Part shown: positions 50,121 through 63,945 of the stretch, in pieces
Layout of the letters: every line of letters starts with the position of its first letter
How positions within the stretch are numbered: position 1 is the first letter of the stretch
Assembly (NCBI GenBank): GCA_964016885.1
Contig: OZ024760.1
Span: forward strand, 6,262,001-6,326,000
Direction of reading: 5' to 3'
DNA: 64,000 bases
From: Eledone cirrhosa
Lineage: Eukaryota
Notes under the pieces: model-generated
Database searches by the model: none
The model's input: only the letters and a program-made list of their open reading frames with translations
Told to the model about the DNA's origin: nothing
Position numbers and translations under genes: made by a program

Positions 50121-51872
50121 AGTTATTTCATTTTGTTTGGTATGGAGAGATTTAAAACTAGTAAGAGGTAATGTTTAGTAGGTTAGTGTGTGTCAGCATG
50201 GTGGACTATTTCAGAGACTGTATTATTAGTGTAACACCCTTTATAATAACTAGGAGACTGTTTACGATGTTTCGATGGACAAATATATCAATACCCAGCT
50301 TAATATTTAAATAGATTTCTCTCTCTTGAAGTCTCTCTCACACCTATCAAATGGATACTGATGGTGGTGGTGGTGTTGGTAGTGGTGATGTTGTTGTTGG
50401 TAGTGGTGGTGCTGTTGGTGGTGGTGGTGATGTTGGTAGTGGTAATGGTGATGTTGGTAGTGGTGATGCTGTTGGTGGTGGTGGTGATGTTGGTAGTGGT
50501 GGTGATGTTGGTAGTGGTGGTGATGTTGGTAGTGGTGATGGTGTTGGTAGTGGTGATGTTATTGGTGGTGGTGGTGATGGTGTTGGTAGTGGTGATAGTG
50601 ATGTTGGTAGTGGTGGTGCTGTTGGTGGTGGTGGTGATGATGTTGGTAGTGGTGATGGTGTTGTTGGTAGTGGTGATGTTGGTAGTGGTGGTGATGTTGG
50701 TAGTGGTGATGCTGTTGGTAGTGGTGGTGCTGTTGGTGGTGGTGGTGATGGTGTTGTTGGTAGTGGTGATGTTATTGGTGGTGGTGGTGATGGTGTTGTT
50801 GGTAGTGGTGATGGTGCTGTTGTTGGTGGTGGTGGTGATGGTGCTGTTGGCTAGTGATGGTGCTGTTGGTGGTGATGGTGTTGTTGGTAGTGGTGATGGT
50901 GATGTTGGTAGTGGTGGTGGTGATGGTGCTGTTGCTGCTGTTGGCTAGTGGTGGAGGTGGTACTGCTGGTGGTGGTGGTGGTACTGTTGGTAGTGGTGAT
51001 GTTGGTGGTGGTGGAGGTGCTGTTGGTAGTGGTGGTGGTGATGGTGCTGTTGGTGGTGGTGGAGGTGCTGTTGGTAGTGGTGATGGTGCTGTTGCTGGTT
51101 AGTGGTGGAGGTGGTGGTGGTGCTGTAGGTAGTGGTGATGTTAGTGGAGGTGATGTTGGTGGTGGTGGTGGTGATGTCGGTAGTGGTGATGTTGGTGGTG
51201 GTGGTGCTAGTGGAGGTGGTAGTGGTGGTGGAGGTAGTAGTGGTGGTGGTGGTAGTTGTAGTGGTGGTGCTAGTGGAGGTGGTAGTTGTAGTGGTGGTGC
51301 TAGTGGAGGTAGTAGTGGTGGTGGTGGTAGTTGTAGTGGTGGTGCTAGTGGAGGTGGTAGTTGTAGTGGTGGTGCTAGCGGAGGTAGTAGTGGTAGTGGT
51401 GGTGCTAGCGGAGGTAGTAGTGGTAGTGGTGGTGCTAGCGGAGGTAGTAGTGGTAGTGGTGGTGGTAGTGGAGGTGGTAGTTGTAGTGGAGGTAGTAGTT
51501 GTGGTGCTAGTGGAGGTGGTAGTTGTAGTGGTGGTGGTGGTGGTGCTAGTGGAGGTAGTAGTTGTGGTGCTAGTGGAGGTGGTAGTTGTATTGGTCGTGC
51601 TAGTGGAGGTAGTAGTGGTAGTTGTGGTGGTGGTGCGAGTGGAGGTGGTAGTTGTAGTGATGTTGGTAGTGGTGATGGTGATGTTGTTGGTGGTGGTGCT
51701 AGTCGAGGTAGTAGTGGTAGTGGTGGTGGTAGTGGAGGTAGTAGTGGTAGTGGTGGTGGTAGTGGTGGTGGTAGTGGTGGTGTTTCTGGCTACACAAATC
51801 ACAAATTTGGCGAAACGTTAACCAATTAGATATAATATTTTAGACGTTATAACAAGAAATCAATGGATGGGA

Positions 51873-51915
<43 letters not shown>

Positions 51916-52178
51916 AGGTTTGTGTATATATATGTGTGTGTGTGTGTGTGTAGGTTTGTGTATATATATGTGTGTGTGTGTGTGTGTGTAGGTTTGTGTA
52001 TATATATATGTGTGTGTGTGTGTGTGTAGGTTTGTGTATATATGTGTGTGTGTGTGTGTAGGTTTGTGTATATATATATGTGTGTGTGTGTGTGTGTAGG
52101 TTTGTGTATATATATATGTGTGTGTGTGTGTAGGTTTGTGTATATATATGTGTGTGTGTGTGTGTGTGTAGGTTTGTG

Positions 52179-52213
<35 letters not shown>

Positions 52214-52260
52214 AGGTTTGTGTATATATGTGTGTGTGTGTGTGTGTGTGTAGGTTTGTG

Positions 52261-52295
<35 letters not shown>

Positions 52296-52507
52296 TTGTG
52301 TATATATATGTGTGTGTGTGTGTAGGTTTGTGTATATATATGTGTGTGTGTGTATGTGTGTAGGTTTGTGTATATATATGTGGTGTGGGGGGTATATAAT
52401 TGTATGTATATATATATAGTGAAAGTGTGAGACGGGAAAATATATATATATGTAGATGTGTGTGTATGTGTGTAGGTCTGTGTATATATGTATATATATG
52501 AGATGGG

Positions 52508-52572
<65 letters not shown>

Positions 52573-52636
52573 AATATATATATATATATATCTACACATG
52601 TATGTATATAGAGAGAAACTGAGTCTGGGAAATATA

Positions 52637-52685
<49 letters not shown>

Positions 52686-52686
<1 letters not shown>

Positions 52687-52861
52687 GTTATTCCGGGTTG
52701 AATCGGAGGTAACCACAGTAAGTAAGGTACTCAATACATAGCAGAGTATAACAGTTCTAATATAGATGAGATTCTACAGGACCAGAACTGTTTCATTCAT
52801 TAGATGATTTCTAATGAATGAAACAGTTCTGGTCCTGTAGAATCTCATCTATATTAAAACT
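52686..52861 (-). mobile_element. (TA)n-embedded family P2 element with a perfect 47-bp hairpin
   Basis: Arms 52758-52804 and 52810-52856 with loop TGATT. The tail with GTATTGAGTACCTTACTT is shared with 10410-10450. Confidence 0.8.
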
Positions 52862-52883
52862 ATATATATATTATATATATATA

Positions 52884-52932
<49 letters not shown>

Positions 52933-52940
52933 AATATATA

Positions 52941-52990
<50 letters not shown>

Positions 52991-52996
52991 AATATA

Positions 52997-53040
<44 letters not shown>

Positions 53041-53091
53041 TAAATATATATATATTATATATATATATATATACATATATATACAAATATA

Positions 53092-53184
<93 letters not shown>

Positions 53185-53200
53185 AATATATATATATTTA

Positions 53201-53235
<35 letters not shown>

Positions 53236-53469
53236 TTAGAAACACACAGATACATGCGGACACACACATATATACATGAATGCATCCGCACCCAACTGTG
53301 AGTTAAGGGTGCCAACTTCACCGATGTTGCTCAATGAATGACTGGGACAGACCAATTCAGTTTGAACCAGACTGAACCAGTATCAGAGTTAAAAATACAT
53401 TATGAAGAGAGAAGAAACATTTAGATATAATTAGTAATAAAATGTATCATACCTAAACTGTTCCTAAAT

Positions 53470-53557
53470 TCCTCGACTACGTAGTTTCGTGGCATAAACA
53501 AAAACAATATATCAAAGATATAGAGTCCTTGCGAGGTCTGCCGACTTATCAAGAGGA
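53470..53557 (-). ncRNA. Type I hammerhead, U3-A8 core variant (family H4)
   Basis: Minus strand: TCCTC-TTGATAA-GT(C)GGCA...TGCCAC-GAAA-CTACGTAG-TC-GAGGA. Palindromic stem III ACTACGTAGT and GUC triplet. Confidence 0.7.
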
Positions 53558-54062
53558 TACCTCATTTTACTAGTCTCAAGAACGCGTCTACACGACGTGA
53601 GAAAGAATTCCCCAAAAGGCGGAGGGGGAGATAGTCACGCGATATAACGGTCGAGAAACAGAGCTAAGCCTCCTATAACCACGAAAAAAATACCACGGAG
53701 GCGGAGGGGGTATTCATATCGAGGCCGTAGAAGAGGTAGTGAAGAAGGCGAGAAGTATGAGTAATGGAAGCTTTCCAGTTGTCCCCACACTTCAAAGATT
53801 GCTCGACCAGAGGGAGTTATTAATACATTTAGAAACACACAGATACATGCGGACACACACATATATACATGAATGCATCCGCACCCAACTGTGAGTTAAG
53901 GGTGCCAACTTCACCGATGTTGCTCAATGAATGACTGGGACAGACCAATTCAGTTTGAACCAGACTGAACCAGTATCAGAGTTAAAAATACATTATGAAG
54001 AGAGAAGAAACATTTAGATATAATTAGTAATAAAATGTATCATACCTAAACTGTTCCTAAAT

Positions 54063-54150
54063 TCCTCGACTACGTAGTTTCGTGGCATAAACAAAAACAA
54101 TATATCAAAGATATAGAGTCCTTGCGAGGTCTGCCGACTTATCAAGAGGA
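54063..54150 (-). ncRNA. Type I hammerhead, U3-A8 core variant (second unit)
   Basis: Same motif as 53470-53557. Confidence 0.7.
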
Positions 54151-54667
54151 TACCTCATTTTACTAGTCTCAAGAACGCGTCTACACGACGTGAGAAAGAA
54201 TCCCAAAAGGCGGAGGGGGAGATAGTCACGCGATATAACGGTCGAGAAACAGAGCTAAGCCTCCTATAACCACGAAAAAAATACCACGGAGGCGGAGGGG
54301 GTATTCATATCGAGGCCGTAGAAGAGGTAGTGAAGAAGGCGAGAAGTATGAGTAATGGAAGCTTTCCAGTTGTCCCCACACTTCAAAGATTGCTCGACCA
54401 GAGGGAGTTATTAATACATTTAGAAACACACAGATACATGCGGACACACACATATATACATGAATGCATCCGCACCCAACTGTGAGTTAAGGGTGCCAAC
54501 TTCACCGATGTTGCTCAATGAATGACTGGGACAGACCAATTCAGTTTGAACCAGACTGAACCAGTATCAGAGTTAAAAATACATTATGAAGAGAGAAGAA
54601 ACATTTAGATATAATTAGTAATAAAATGTATCATACCTAAATATATATATAAATATATATATGTTTA

Positions 54668-54784
<117 letters not shown>

Positions 54785-55414
54785 ATGTATGTATGTATAC
54801 AAATCAATCAATAGATCAGCAGATCAATACATTCCTCCTAGCTGAGATTTACAAAACAGCAATTGTAGAACTATTTAATATGGCTGTCAGAGTTGACCAA
54901 CTGAAGGGGGCCAGAGATAGACCTTTAGACAAATACATAGCGTCCCCTCATTGTGGCGGCGGTGGTGGTGGGGGTGGGGGTGGAGGAGGAGGTGGTGGTG
55001 GTGGTGGTTGGTGGTGGTGGAGGAGGAGGTGGTGGGGGGGGGGGGGGTGTAGGTGGCGGTGGTGGTGGTGGTGGTAGGTGGTTGTGGTGATGGTGGTGGT
55101 GGTTGGTTGGTTGTAGGTGGTGGTGGTAGTGGTGGTTGTAGGTGGTTGTGGCGGTGGTGGTGGTGGTTGGTTGGTTGTAGGTGGTTGTGGTGGTGATCGT
55201 TGGTTATGGTGGCGGTTGGGGGTGGTGGTGGTGGGGTTGATTGTGGTGGTGGTCATACTTCTTCTGTCTCCTCTTACTCATCAGCCTAGTTCTTGTTTAT
55301 TTTAACCATGGGGGAGGGGGGGGGGGGGGCATTTCATGGATTTTTCTCTCTGAAATTTGAAACAGCAATAAAGTAATATTTTTATACTCTGGTTGCTTTT
55401 GTACCTTAGCATCA

Positions 55415-57550
55415 TTACCACCATTTTACGTCCATTTTTCCACGCTAGCATGGGTTAGACGAGCTGTCCTGTTGTGGGCAATGCCAGGTCAGGTGACCAT
55501 GTCTTGCTCATACAGAACTGATTTTGGCTTGATTTCTACAATTGGATGCCTTTCCTAACGCCAACCTCATTTACAGTGCGTACTGGGTGCTTTCTGTCGT
55601 GATACCTACAACAACTTTACAGTGTGTACTGGGTGCTTTTTGTCATGATACCTACACGACAACTTTACAGTGCGTACTGGGTGCTTTTTGTCATGATACC
55701 TACACGACAACTTTACAGTGTGTACTGGGTGCTTTCTGTCGTGATACCTACACGACAACTTTACAGTGTGTACTGGGTGCTTTTTGTCATGATACCTACA
55801 CGACAACTTTACAGTGCGTACTGGGTGCTTTTTGTCATGATACCTACACGACAACTTTACAGTGTGTACTGGGTGCTTTCTGTTGTGAAACCTACACGAC
55901 CACTTTACAGTGTGTACTAGGTGCTTTCTGTTGTGAAACCTACATGACCACTTTACAGTGTGTACTAGGTGCTTTCTGTCGTGACACCTACACAACCACT
56001 TTACAGTGTGTACTAGGTGCTTTCTGTTGTGAAACCTACACGACCACTTTACAGTGAGTACTAGGTGCTTTCTGTTGTGAAACCTACACAACCACTTTAC
56101 AGTGAGTACTAGGTGCTTTCTGTTGTGAAACCTACATGACCACTTTACAGTGTGTACTAGGTGCTTTCTGTCGTGACACCTACACAACCACTTTACAGTG
56201 TGTACTAGGTGCTTTCTGTTGTGAAACCTACACGACCACTTTACAGTGAGTACTAGGTGCTTTCTGTTGTGAAACCTACACGACCACTTTACAGTGTGTA
56301 CTAGGTGCTTTCTGTTGTGAAACCTACACGACCACTTTACAGTGAGTACTAGGTGCTTTCTGTTGTGAAACCTACACGACCACTTTACAGTGAGTACTAG
56401 GTGCTTTCTGTTGTGAAACCTACACGACCACTTTACAGTGTGTACTAGGTGCTTTCTGTTGTGAAACCTACACAACCACTTTACAGTGAGTACTAGGTGC
56501 TTTCTGTTGTGAAACCTACATGACCACTTTACAGTGTGTACTAGGTGCTTTCTGTCGTGACACCTACACAACCACTTTACAGTGAGTACTAGGTGCTTTC
56601 TGTTGTGAAACCTACATGACCACTTTACAGTGAGTACTAGGTGCTTTCTGTTGTGAAACCTACACAACCACTTTACAGTGTGTACAAGGTGCTTTCTGTC
56701 ATGACACCTACACAACCACTTTACAGTGTGTACTAGGTGCTTTCTGTTGTGAAACCTACACGACCACTTTACAGTGAGTACTAGGTGCTTTCTGTTGTGA
56801 AACCTACATGACCACTTTACAGTGTGTACTAGGTGCTTTCTGTCGTGACACCAACACGACCACTTTACAGTGAGTACTAGGTGCTTTCTGTTGTGAAACC
56901 TACACGACCACTTTACAGTGTGTACAAGGTGCTTTCTGTCATGACACCTACACAACCACTTTACAGTGTGTACTAGGTGCTTTCTGTTGTGAAACCTACA
57001 CGACCACTTTACAGTGAGTACTAGGTGCTTTCTGTCATGACACCTACACAACCACTTTACAGTGTGTACTAGGTGCTTTCTGTTGTGAAACCTACACAAC
57101 CACTTTACAGTGTGTACTAGGTGCTTTCTGTTGTGAAACCTACACGACCACTTTACAGTGAGTACTAGGTGCTTTCTGTTGTGAAACCTACACGACCACT
57201 TTACAGTGAGTACTAGGTGCTTTCTGTCGTGACACCTACACAACCACTTTACAGTGAGTACTAGGTGCTTTCTGTTGTGAAACCTACACGACCACTTTAC
57301 AGTGAGTACTAGGTGCTTTCTGTTGTGAAACCTACACGACCACTTTACAGTGTGTACTAGGTGCTTTCTGTCGTGACACCTACACAACCACTTTACAGTG
57401 AGTACTGGGTGCTTTCTGTTGTGAAACCTACACGACCACTTTACAGTGTGTACAAGGTGCTTTCTGTCATGACACCTACACGACCACTTTACCTTGTGGA
57501 CTGGGTGCTTTTTGCCATGACACCATCACAACTACTTTACAGTGTGGGCT
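55415..57550 (-). repeat. 48-bp array (about 41 copies) inside a SINE A2 element
   Basis: SINE tail at 55415-55565, then CACTTTACAGTG(T/A)GTACTAGGTGCTTTCTGTTGTGAAACCTACACGAC units. Confidence 0.93.
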
Positions 57551-57661
57551 GGGGACTTCACTGAATGTATACTTTGGCTTGTCCTCATTGGAGATGTATG
57601 ATAGGGTGAGGTGTGCTGGTGCATATTATACATGGTGTATATTGTCATATGTATTATATAT

Positions 57662-58117
57662 AATTGTTTCTACTATTGGCACAAGGCCAGAAATTACCCA
57701 GTACATTACTGGTACTTTATTTTATCGAGCTCGTAAGGATGAAAGGCAAAGTTAACCTCGGCGGGATTTGAACTCAGAATGGCAAGGGCCGTAACTCTAT
57801 GCGTCAAAGCATGGCGTCCGACCCTCTACCGATACTGCCAATATATAATTAATATTATACTTTGTATATATATTACATTATATAATTTATATTGTACCTA
57901 TCATATATATTACAATATATAGTTATATTTAGGCGGTGCATTGGCAGTATCGGTAGAGGGTCGGACGCCATGCTTTCCAGCATACTTACGTCCCTTTACG
58001 ATCTGAGTTCAAATCCCGCCGAGGTTGACTTTGCCTTTCATCCTTACGGGGTCGATAAAATAAAGTACCAGTAATGAACTGGGTTATTGCTGGCCTTGTG
58101 CCTAAAGTAGAAACAAA
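57662..58117. mobile_element. Head-to-head pair of SINE B copies
   Basis: Minus copy at 57662-57842 and plus copy at 57931-58117. TSD AATATATAGTTATATT at 57914-57929 and 58116-58131. Confidence 0.88.
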
Positions 58118-59131
58118 TATATAGTTATATTGATTTCTGTCCTATTTTGGTATAAATAAGCTCTGGAATCTTACTTCCATTGAGCTTTTTACAGAACAAT
58201 GAAATTGAGAGGTCTTTATTTCGATTTATTTTATATACATACATATATATATATATACATACTCATACGCATATATACACACACACACACACACTCATGT
58301 ATATATATATATATATATACACACATTTATGTATTCGTGAGTGAATAATATTATAATATAATATCATTAGGTATCCACAAAGTTAACAGCAGAAACAAAT
58401 TTTGTTTATATATATTGTTGTTATTAATTCTGGCAATATTACACAAATATGACCCTCCCTAAGTATAACAATATCTATATATATATATATATATACACAT
58501 ATACATACATAAATTTATATATATTTAATTGGCAGCAGCACCAAGACATCATTTAGGCATAATATAGGTGTATATTAAAACATATATTTTGTAATATAAT
58601 GAGGAAAATGGAGAAAAATAAATTTTCTCGTTATAAAATGATATTGCTGTTTGATAGCAAGGCTACTCATTTGTTTATTGAATATAAATGTATAGTATAT
58701 TTTTTTTATGTTTTCATATCCATCCATACATATATATGTATAGATAGATTTCTATTTATTGCCACTAGGGCGCAAAAGAAGGGGCAAATACAGGGGGGGG
58801 GGGGGTTTAAACAAAAAGGCGAGTAAAGAAAACAAATAACAAATATAAAATTAACAATAAAGTCCTTAATAGGGAGGGGGCGTTTGGGGGGTCGCACACA
58901 CCCCCGAAAAAAGTGTGCAACCCCTTCTCCTCAGGAGCACAGAGAGAGGGTGCTCCCTCGTTCCTTCCTCTTTCTTTTCCACCTACAGGCTGATGTAGAG
59001 AGAAGGCCCATTCACACGGGCCATTCTCGCCACTTTCACCCACCTTTCATAAAAACGACTGGGGTTGAGCATCTCTCTCTCCATCCTGATCCTTCTTCCG
59101 AAGTGATATCAGAAGAAACGGATCAGTTGTT

Positions 59132-59426
59132 GGCAAGGGTGGGACGGGAACTGATTCTGGCTTGATTTCTACAGCTTGATGCCCTTCCTAACACCAACCT
59201 CATTTACAGTGAGTGCTGGGTGCTTTTTTTTGCCGTGGCACCTCCATGACCACTTTGCAGTGGAATGATAGGGACCCCAGTCCCTACCATCTCATTTCTA
59301 CAACTGAGTAAACTGGAGCAATGTGAAATAAAGTGTTTTGCTCAAGGAAACAACACATCACCCGGTCTGAGAATTGAACTCACAACCTTTCGATTGCAAG
59401 CCCAATGCTCTAACCACTAAGCCATG
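59132..59426 (-). mobile_element. SINE family A lacking the extreme tail
   Basis: Colinear with 4266-4558. An old SINE B follows at 59527-59750. Confidence 0.88.
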
Positions 59427-59761
59427 TACCTATGTGTGTGTGTCTTTCACAGTTGTACACATTGGTGAGAAACGAGTACATTCAAACAAAAAATACCTCA
59501 TGTTATGTACTCTATTTGAATTAGTCAGTGGATTGGCAGAATTGGTAGAGTGTCGGACATAAGTGCTGTGTGGAATCTAGTTTCAACTTTCTACATTCTG
59601 AGTTTCAAACCTTGCTGAAGTCAGTTTCGCCTTTCATCTTTCTGGTGCCGATAAAATAAAGTACCAGTTATGTACTGGGCTTGATATAATCAGCTTTCCC
59701 CTCCCCATCCCTGAATTGCTGGCTTTGTACCAGTGTTAGGAAATGTTATTTACTCTGCCTG

Positions 59762-59795
<34 letters not shown>

Positions 59796-60269
59796 CACCA
59801 GTGGGCATACACACACATATACACATACATGCAGACCTCTCACCCATCACACACCTGTGCGCACCCTTCACCCACCCACACGTACACATGTTGTTATCCT
59901 CCCCATCAGAAAAGTTGTGAACCTGTGACCGCTCTGTTACAAAACCTGCTACTAAAGACATTTCTATTCACAAAATATACGATATGAAAAGAACAAAAGA
60001 ACAAACAAAAAACACCATTTAATCAACTCAATTTGTAACAAAGAATCATTTGTTACCTTTATTGAACTGGCTAGCACTTGTGTTTACAACAAAGTTCAAT
60101 AGTGAAAAAAAAAAACTTATTGATTTCATGGCCTCTGTAATCAATTATTTGGTGTATGAACATTCGGCATAGATCAAAGCTTTTAATTTTTATAGTGATT
60201 GTGTATGTGATGTGAAGGTGAACAGCCTTGTGGTTACAGTATTGGTTTCATGTTCTTTATACGGGAGTT

Positions 60270-60580
60270 ACGACCAGCAATGGAAAGACCAATGGAAACA
60301 TTGTTTTCTTGGTCTGATCTGATCATCAGCTCTTTTCTTCTGCCAGCGATGGAAAGGCCAATGGAAACATTGTTTCCTTGGTCTGATCTGATGATCAGCT
60401 CTTTTCTTATACCAGCTCTAATGATCAGCAATGGAAAGGCCAATGGAAACATTGTTTCCTTGGTCTGATCTGATGATCAGCTCTTTTCTTCTGCCAGGAG
60501 TTACAATCAGCAATGGAAAGACCAATGCAAACATCGTTTCCATTAGTCTGATCTCATGATCAGTTCCTTTCATCTGCCAA
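60270..60580. repeat. ~70-85-bp tandem repeat, four copies
   Basis: CAGCAATGGAAAG(A/G)CCAATGGAAACATTGTTTCCTTGGTCTGATCTGATGATCAGCTC. Inverted relatives at about 45145-45235 and 31690-31750. Confidence 0.8.
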
Positions 60581-60712
60581 GGGTTGTAGTTGACTGGCAG
60601 ATAGTACCAGCAATGTAAAGCCTAATTGTAAGCTCATATGTTCAAACCTCAGGCTAGGCAGTGCATTGTGGTATATGATCATTCAACACAAATCAAACAT
60701 AGTCTTTATGGT

Positions 60713-60779
<67 letters not shown>

Positions 60780-61172
60780 TGTATCCCCAGCATTCCTGGT
60801 CCCAATTATTGGCGGAATTTTCCTCAGAACCTAACTAATTGTTTGTGGAAACCACCGCATATCCTTCTGCTATTTTTTAAATGACTTTTTTCGTGGCAAT
60901 ATATATTTATTTAGCGCTAAATTATTAATAACAAAATACTGTCTGTGCTGGCCTATTGGACGCTCCTTCGCATAAGACGCTCCTTCGCATAAGACGCTCC
61001 CTCTTTTTTTATTATATTTTATGTTATATTTTGATGTTTATAGGCATCTTTATGGACCACGTCCAATATTCGCAGTTTTTCACTCTTCGCGGGTGCTCTG
61101 GGACGTAACCCCCACAAGTACCGGGAACTACTGCTGTGTATATGGATGTATGTGTAATAAACATTCCATGTT

Positions 61173-61236
61173 ATTCATTCTGACGACTGAAGACAGATAA
61201 AAATATCTGTCTTCAAGAAACCACTGGTAAATGAAT
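61173..61236 (+). ncRNA. Type I hammerhead motif (family H3)
   Basis: ATTCATT-CTGACGA(61180-61186)-c-TGAAGACAGATA/TATCTGTCTTCA-a-GAAA(61217-61220)-CCACTGG-TA-AATGAAT. Confidence 0.8.
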
Positions 61237-61557
61237 TAATTATCTTATGTTGTTTATTACATAACTAAAAAGCTCTGTAGCCTACATAGAGCACTCTCTT
61301 TTCCTTTACCTTTCCTGCGGAAATACTTCATTTATATATATATATATATAATTACTATTGGAAATTTTATGATTACTTTCCTTCATTTGTTGTTGTTGTT
61401 GTGGTGGTGGTTGTTCGGGGAGAGGAGGGGGGGGGGATATTGATATAAAATACATTTATATTATATTGGAATCTGAATTAATGTAAAAAGTAAATAAATA
61501 TATAAATGAAAGGTAATTTTAATTAATAGGTTAATTAATCACTTATACTTTCTACAG

Positions 61558-61593
61558 ACTGATTCATCGTTGTGAAACTACCTTTCTATACAG
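61558..61593 (+). other. Candidate 36-nt frame-preserving micro-exon
   Basis: CTTATACTTTCTACAG|ACTGATTCATCGTTGTGAAACTACCTTTCTATACAG|GTAAGT. One open frame, LIHRCETTFLY. Confidence 0.35.
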
Positions 61594-61662
61594 GTAAGTA
61601 TTTTTTTTCAAAACCAGGTGTCTAAATGGGCTTTTGATGTTTAGTCTTTTACAGTGTCACCT

Positions 61663-61705
<43 letters not shown>

Positions 61706-62108
61706 GTTTTTTATATATTATATTTATATTTATATATTTATATTTTTAGTTTTCTTGTTTTGTTTTTTGGTTGTTTTCTTTTTGGTTGTTTTTGTAATTT
61801 CATTTTTACCTGTATTTTACCTGTAATAGATGTCACATGATTCTGCTGCTACTATTGGTATTTATTTCTATCTACTTCTGTGTAGGTGTTTTGTGTGCGG
61901 GTGGGCGCGAAGTGGGGGTGGGGATTAGAAAATGGGAGTGGGCGTGTCGAAAGTGTAGTGCATGTATATGTGTATATACGTGTAAATATGTGTGTATGTA
62001 CGAGTGCTTATATCTGTATGTATGCGTATATGTGTGTGTATATATATTTATATATATTCATTTATATATATTTATTTTTATTTATCTATGCATGTGTATA
62101 TATATCTT

Positions 62109-62172
<64 letters not shown>

Positions 62173-62754
62173 TACACATTCAATTTTTGTTACCAATGTT
62201 GAAATGCGAATTTTTCTCCTGTTTTTCTTGTCTTGTGCGACTTTTTGACATTTCAACGTATTTGAAAAAAAAAAAAAGAAAGAAAGGAAGAGAAAGAAAG
62301 AAAAAGAGATTATACAATATTAAAAAAATTGCTTATTAGTTACAGAAACTGAGATTTTCTTAACCTTGAGTCTATCATATATAAATATATGTATATATGT
62401 ATATATATGCAGAACTATATGGTGGAGAGAGCAAGACATTTAATAACAAAATTTTATTTCTTACACAAGGTTTCGTTGTTAAGTTCATTCATAATTCAAC
62501 AGATGGATGCATGCAGGTTACACCCTACCGTAACCCTACCGTAGAAATGTACCTATTAGACACTTCAGAGGTAAAATTCTGCTCTTAAAATATATACTTA
62601 TATATATAGTAAAGTGGACGTGTAGGCGCCAGGAAAAAAAAGCACCCAGCACTCACTGTTGGTGTTAGGGAGGGCATCCAGCTGTAGAAATCAAGCCAGA
62701 ATCAGTTCCCATCCCACCCTTGCAAGCAAGGAAAAGCGGACATGAAAATGATGA

Positions 62755-62803
<49 letters not shown>

Positions 62804-62807
<4 letters not shown>

Positions 62808-62991
62808 AACGAGTAGGACCCCGACGGCTGAGCTCAAGCCGTTTCGACGGCTAATTCTGGACAAAACGTCGAAACGGCTTGAGCTCAGCCGTCGGGGTGC
62901 TACTCGTTCCTATTACCTACTCTACTACCCTAAGTATTGAGTACTTTGGTGCGTTATGGTCCATCTGGTTCCTTACCACATTTCCTTCGTT
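62804..62991 (+). mobile_element. Family P1 palindromic element, centre deleted
   Basis: Matches 1589-1788 except that TAGTCCAGAATTAGC is replaced by AAAA. Flanked by (TA)n and preceded by a SINE A 3' fragment at 62620-62758. Confidence 0.85.
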
Positions 62992-63237
62992 ATATATATA
63001 TATATATAGATATATAAAATGATGATGATGATAAACAAGAAGTATAAGTCAACAGGTTAAAATTAACTTCGTTTATACATAGTCACTGTTATATATATTT
63101 CGGTGATAACCACTATGCAACAGCTATGACTTCATCATAGACACACGTACACATATGTATATGTGTGTGTGTATATATACATATATATGTGTGTGTATAT
63201 ATATATATATGTTGTTATTATCATTATTATTATTAAG

Positions 63238-63450
63238 GATTTCAAATCCCACCGAGGTTAACTTTGCATTTCATCCTTATGGGGTCGATAAAATAAAGTA
63301 CCAGTAATGCACTGGGGTCGATCTAATTGACTTTCCCTCCCCCAAAACTTGTTGGTCTTGTGCTTATATCAGAAACCATTATTAATGGGACCAATTTAAT
63401 TGACTGGCCCCTTCCTTTCAAATTAATGGCCTTTTGCCTAAATTAGAAAC
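63238..63450 (+). mobile_element. SINE family B, 5'-truncated with duplicated tail
   Basis: TTCAAATCCCACCGAGGTTAACTTTGC..GGGGTCGATAAAATAAAGTACCAG. Confidence 0.8.
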
Positions 63451-63945
63451 TATCACCATCATCATCAATCATCATTACCATAACCATAATTACCATCACC
63501 ACCACCACCACCAGCACCTTCATCATCAATCTTCATCATCATCATCATCACCATCAATCATCATCATCACCACCATCATCACCACCGCCATCACCATCAC
63601 CACCACCACCACCACCACCATCACCACCACCGCCATCACCATCACCATGACCACCACCACCATCATCACCACCACCATCACCACCACCATCACCATCACC
63701 ACCATCATCACCACCGCCACCACCACCGCCATCACCATCACCGCCACTGCCACCACTACCACCACCAACACCATTATTTGGCTAGCTCCCATAAAGCCTT
63801 AAATATGTGTCCATCCATTGCTCAGTTATAGCGCCATGTCTACCCTGGACCACATCAAAGTACTGCATCTATTGATTGTCTTAGAATTTTACTGAGGCAT
63901 TACAAATTGTGGATATTTATTTATTTATGTGCGTACATGTGTGTG

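Larger units (their letters stand above)
53231..54641 (-). mobile_element. Tandem ~591-593-bp units (2.4 copies), each full unit with one hammerhead; retrozyme or Penelope-LTR-like
   Basis: Units start at 53231, 53824 and 54415, are near identical, and are flanked by (TA)n. Confidence 0.85.

Noticed and set aside
50351-51829. Gly/Ser-rich structural-protein-like ORFs
   Set aside because: The GGT phase is broken three times by +1 insertions (GGCTAGT, GGTTAGT) and there is no signal peptide. It matches the other trinucleotide tracts in the window.
53635-53862. Duplicated 75-aa ORF in the 591-bp units
   Set aside because: It starts in a (GT) tract and shows no recognisable domain. The duplication only reflects the tandem repeat.
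55542-57387. Cys-containing 16-aa repeat protein (zinc-finger-like look)
   Set aside because: The unit is a 48-bp SINE module, and many units carry TGA in that frame.
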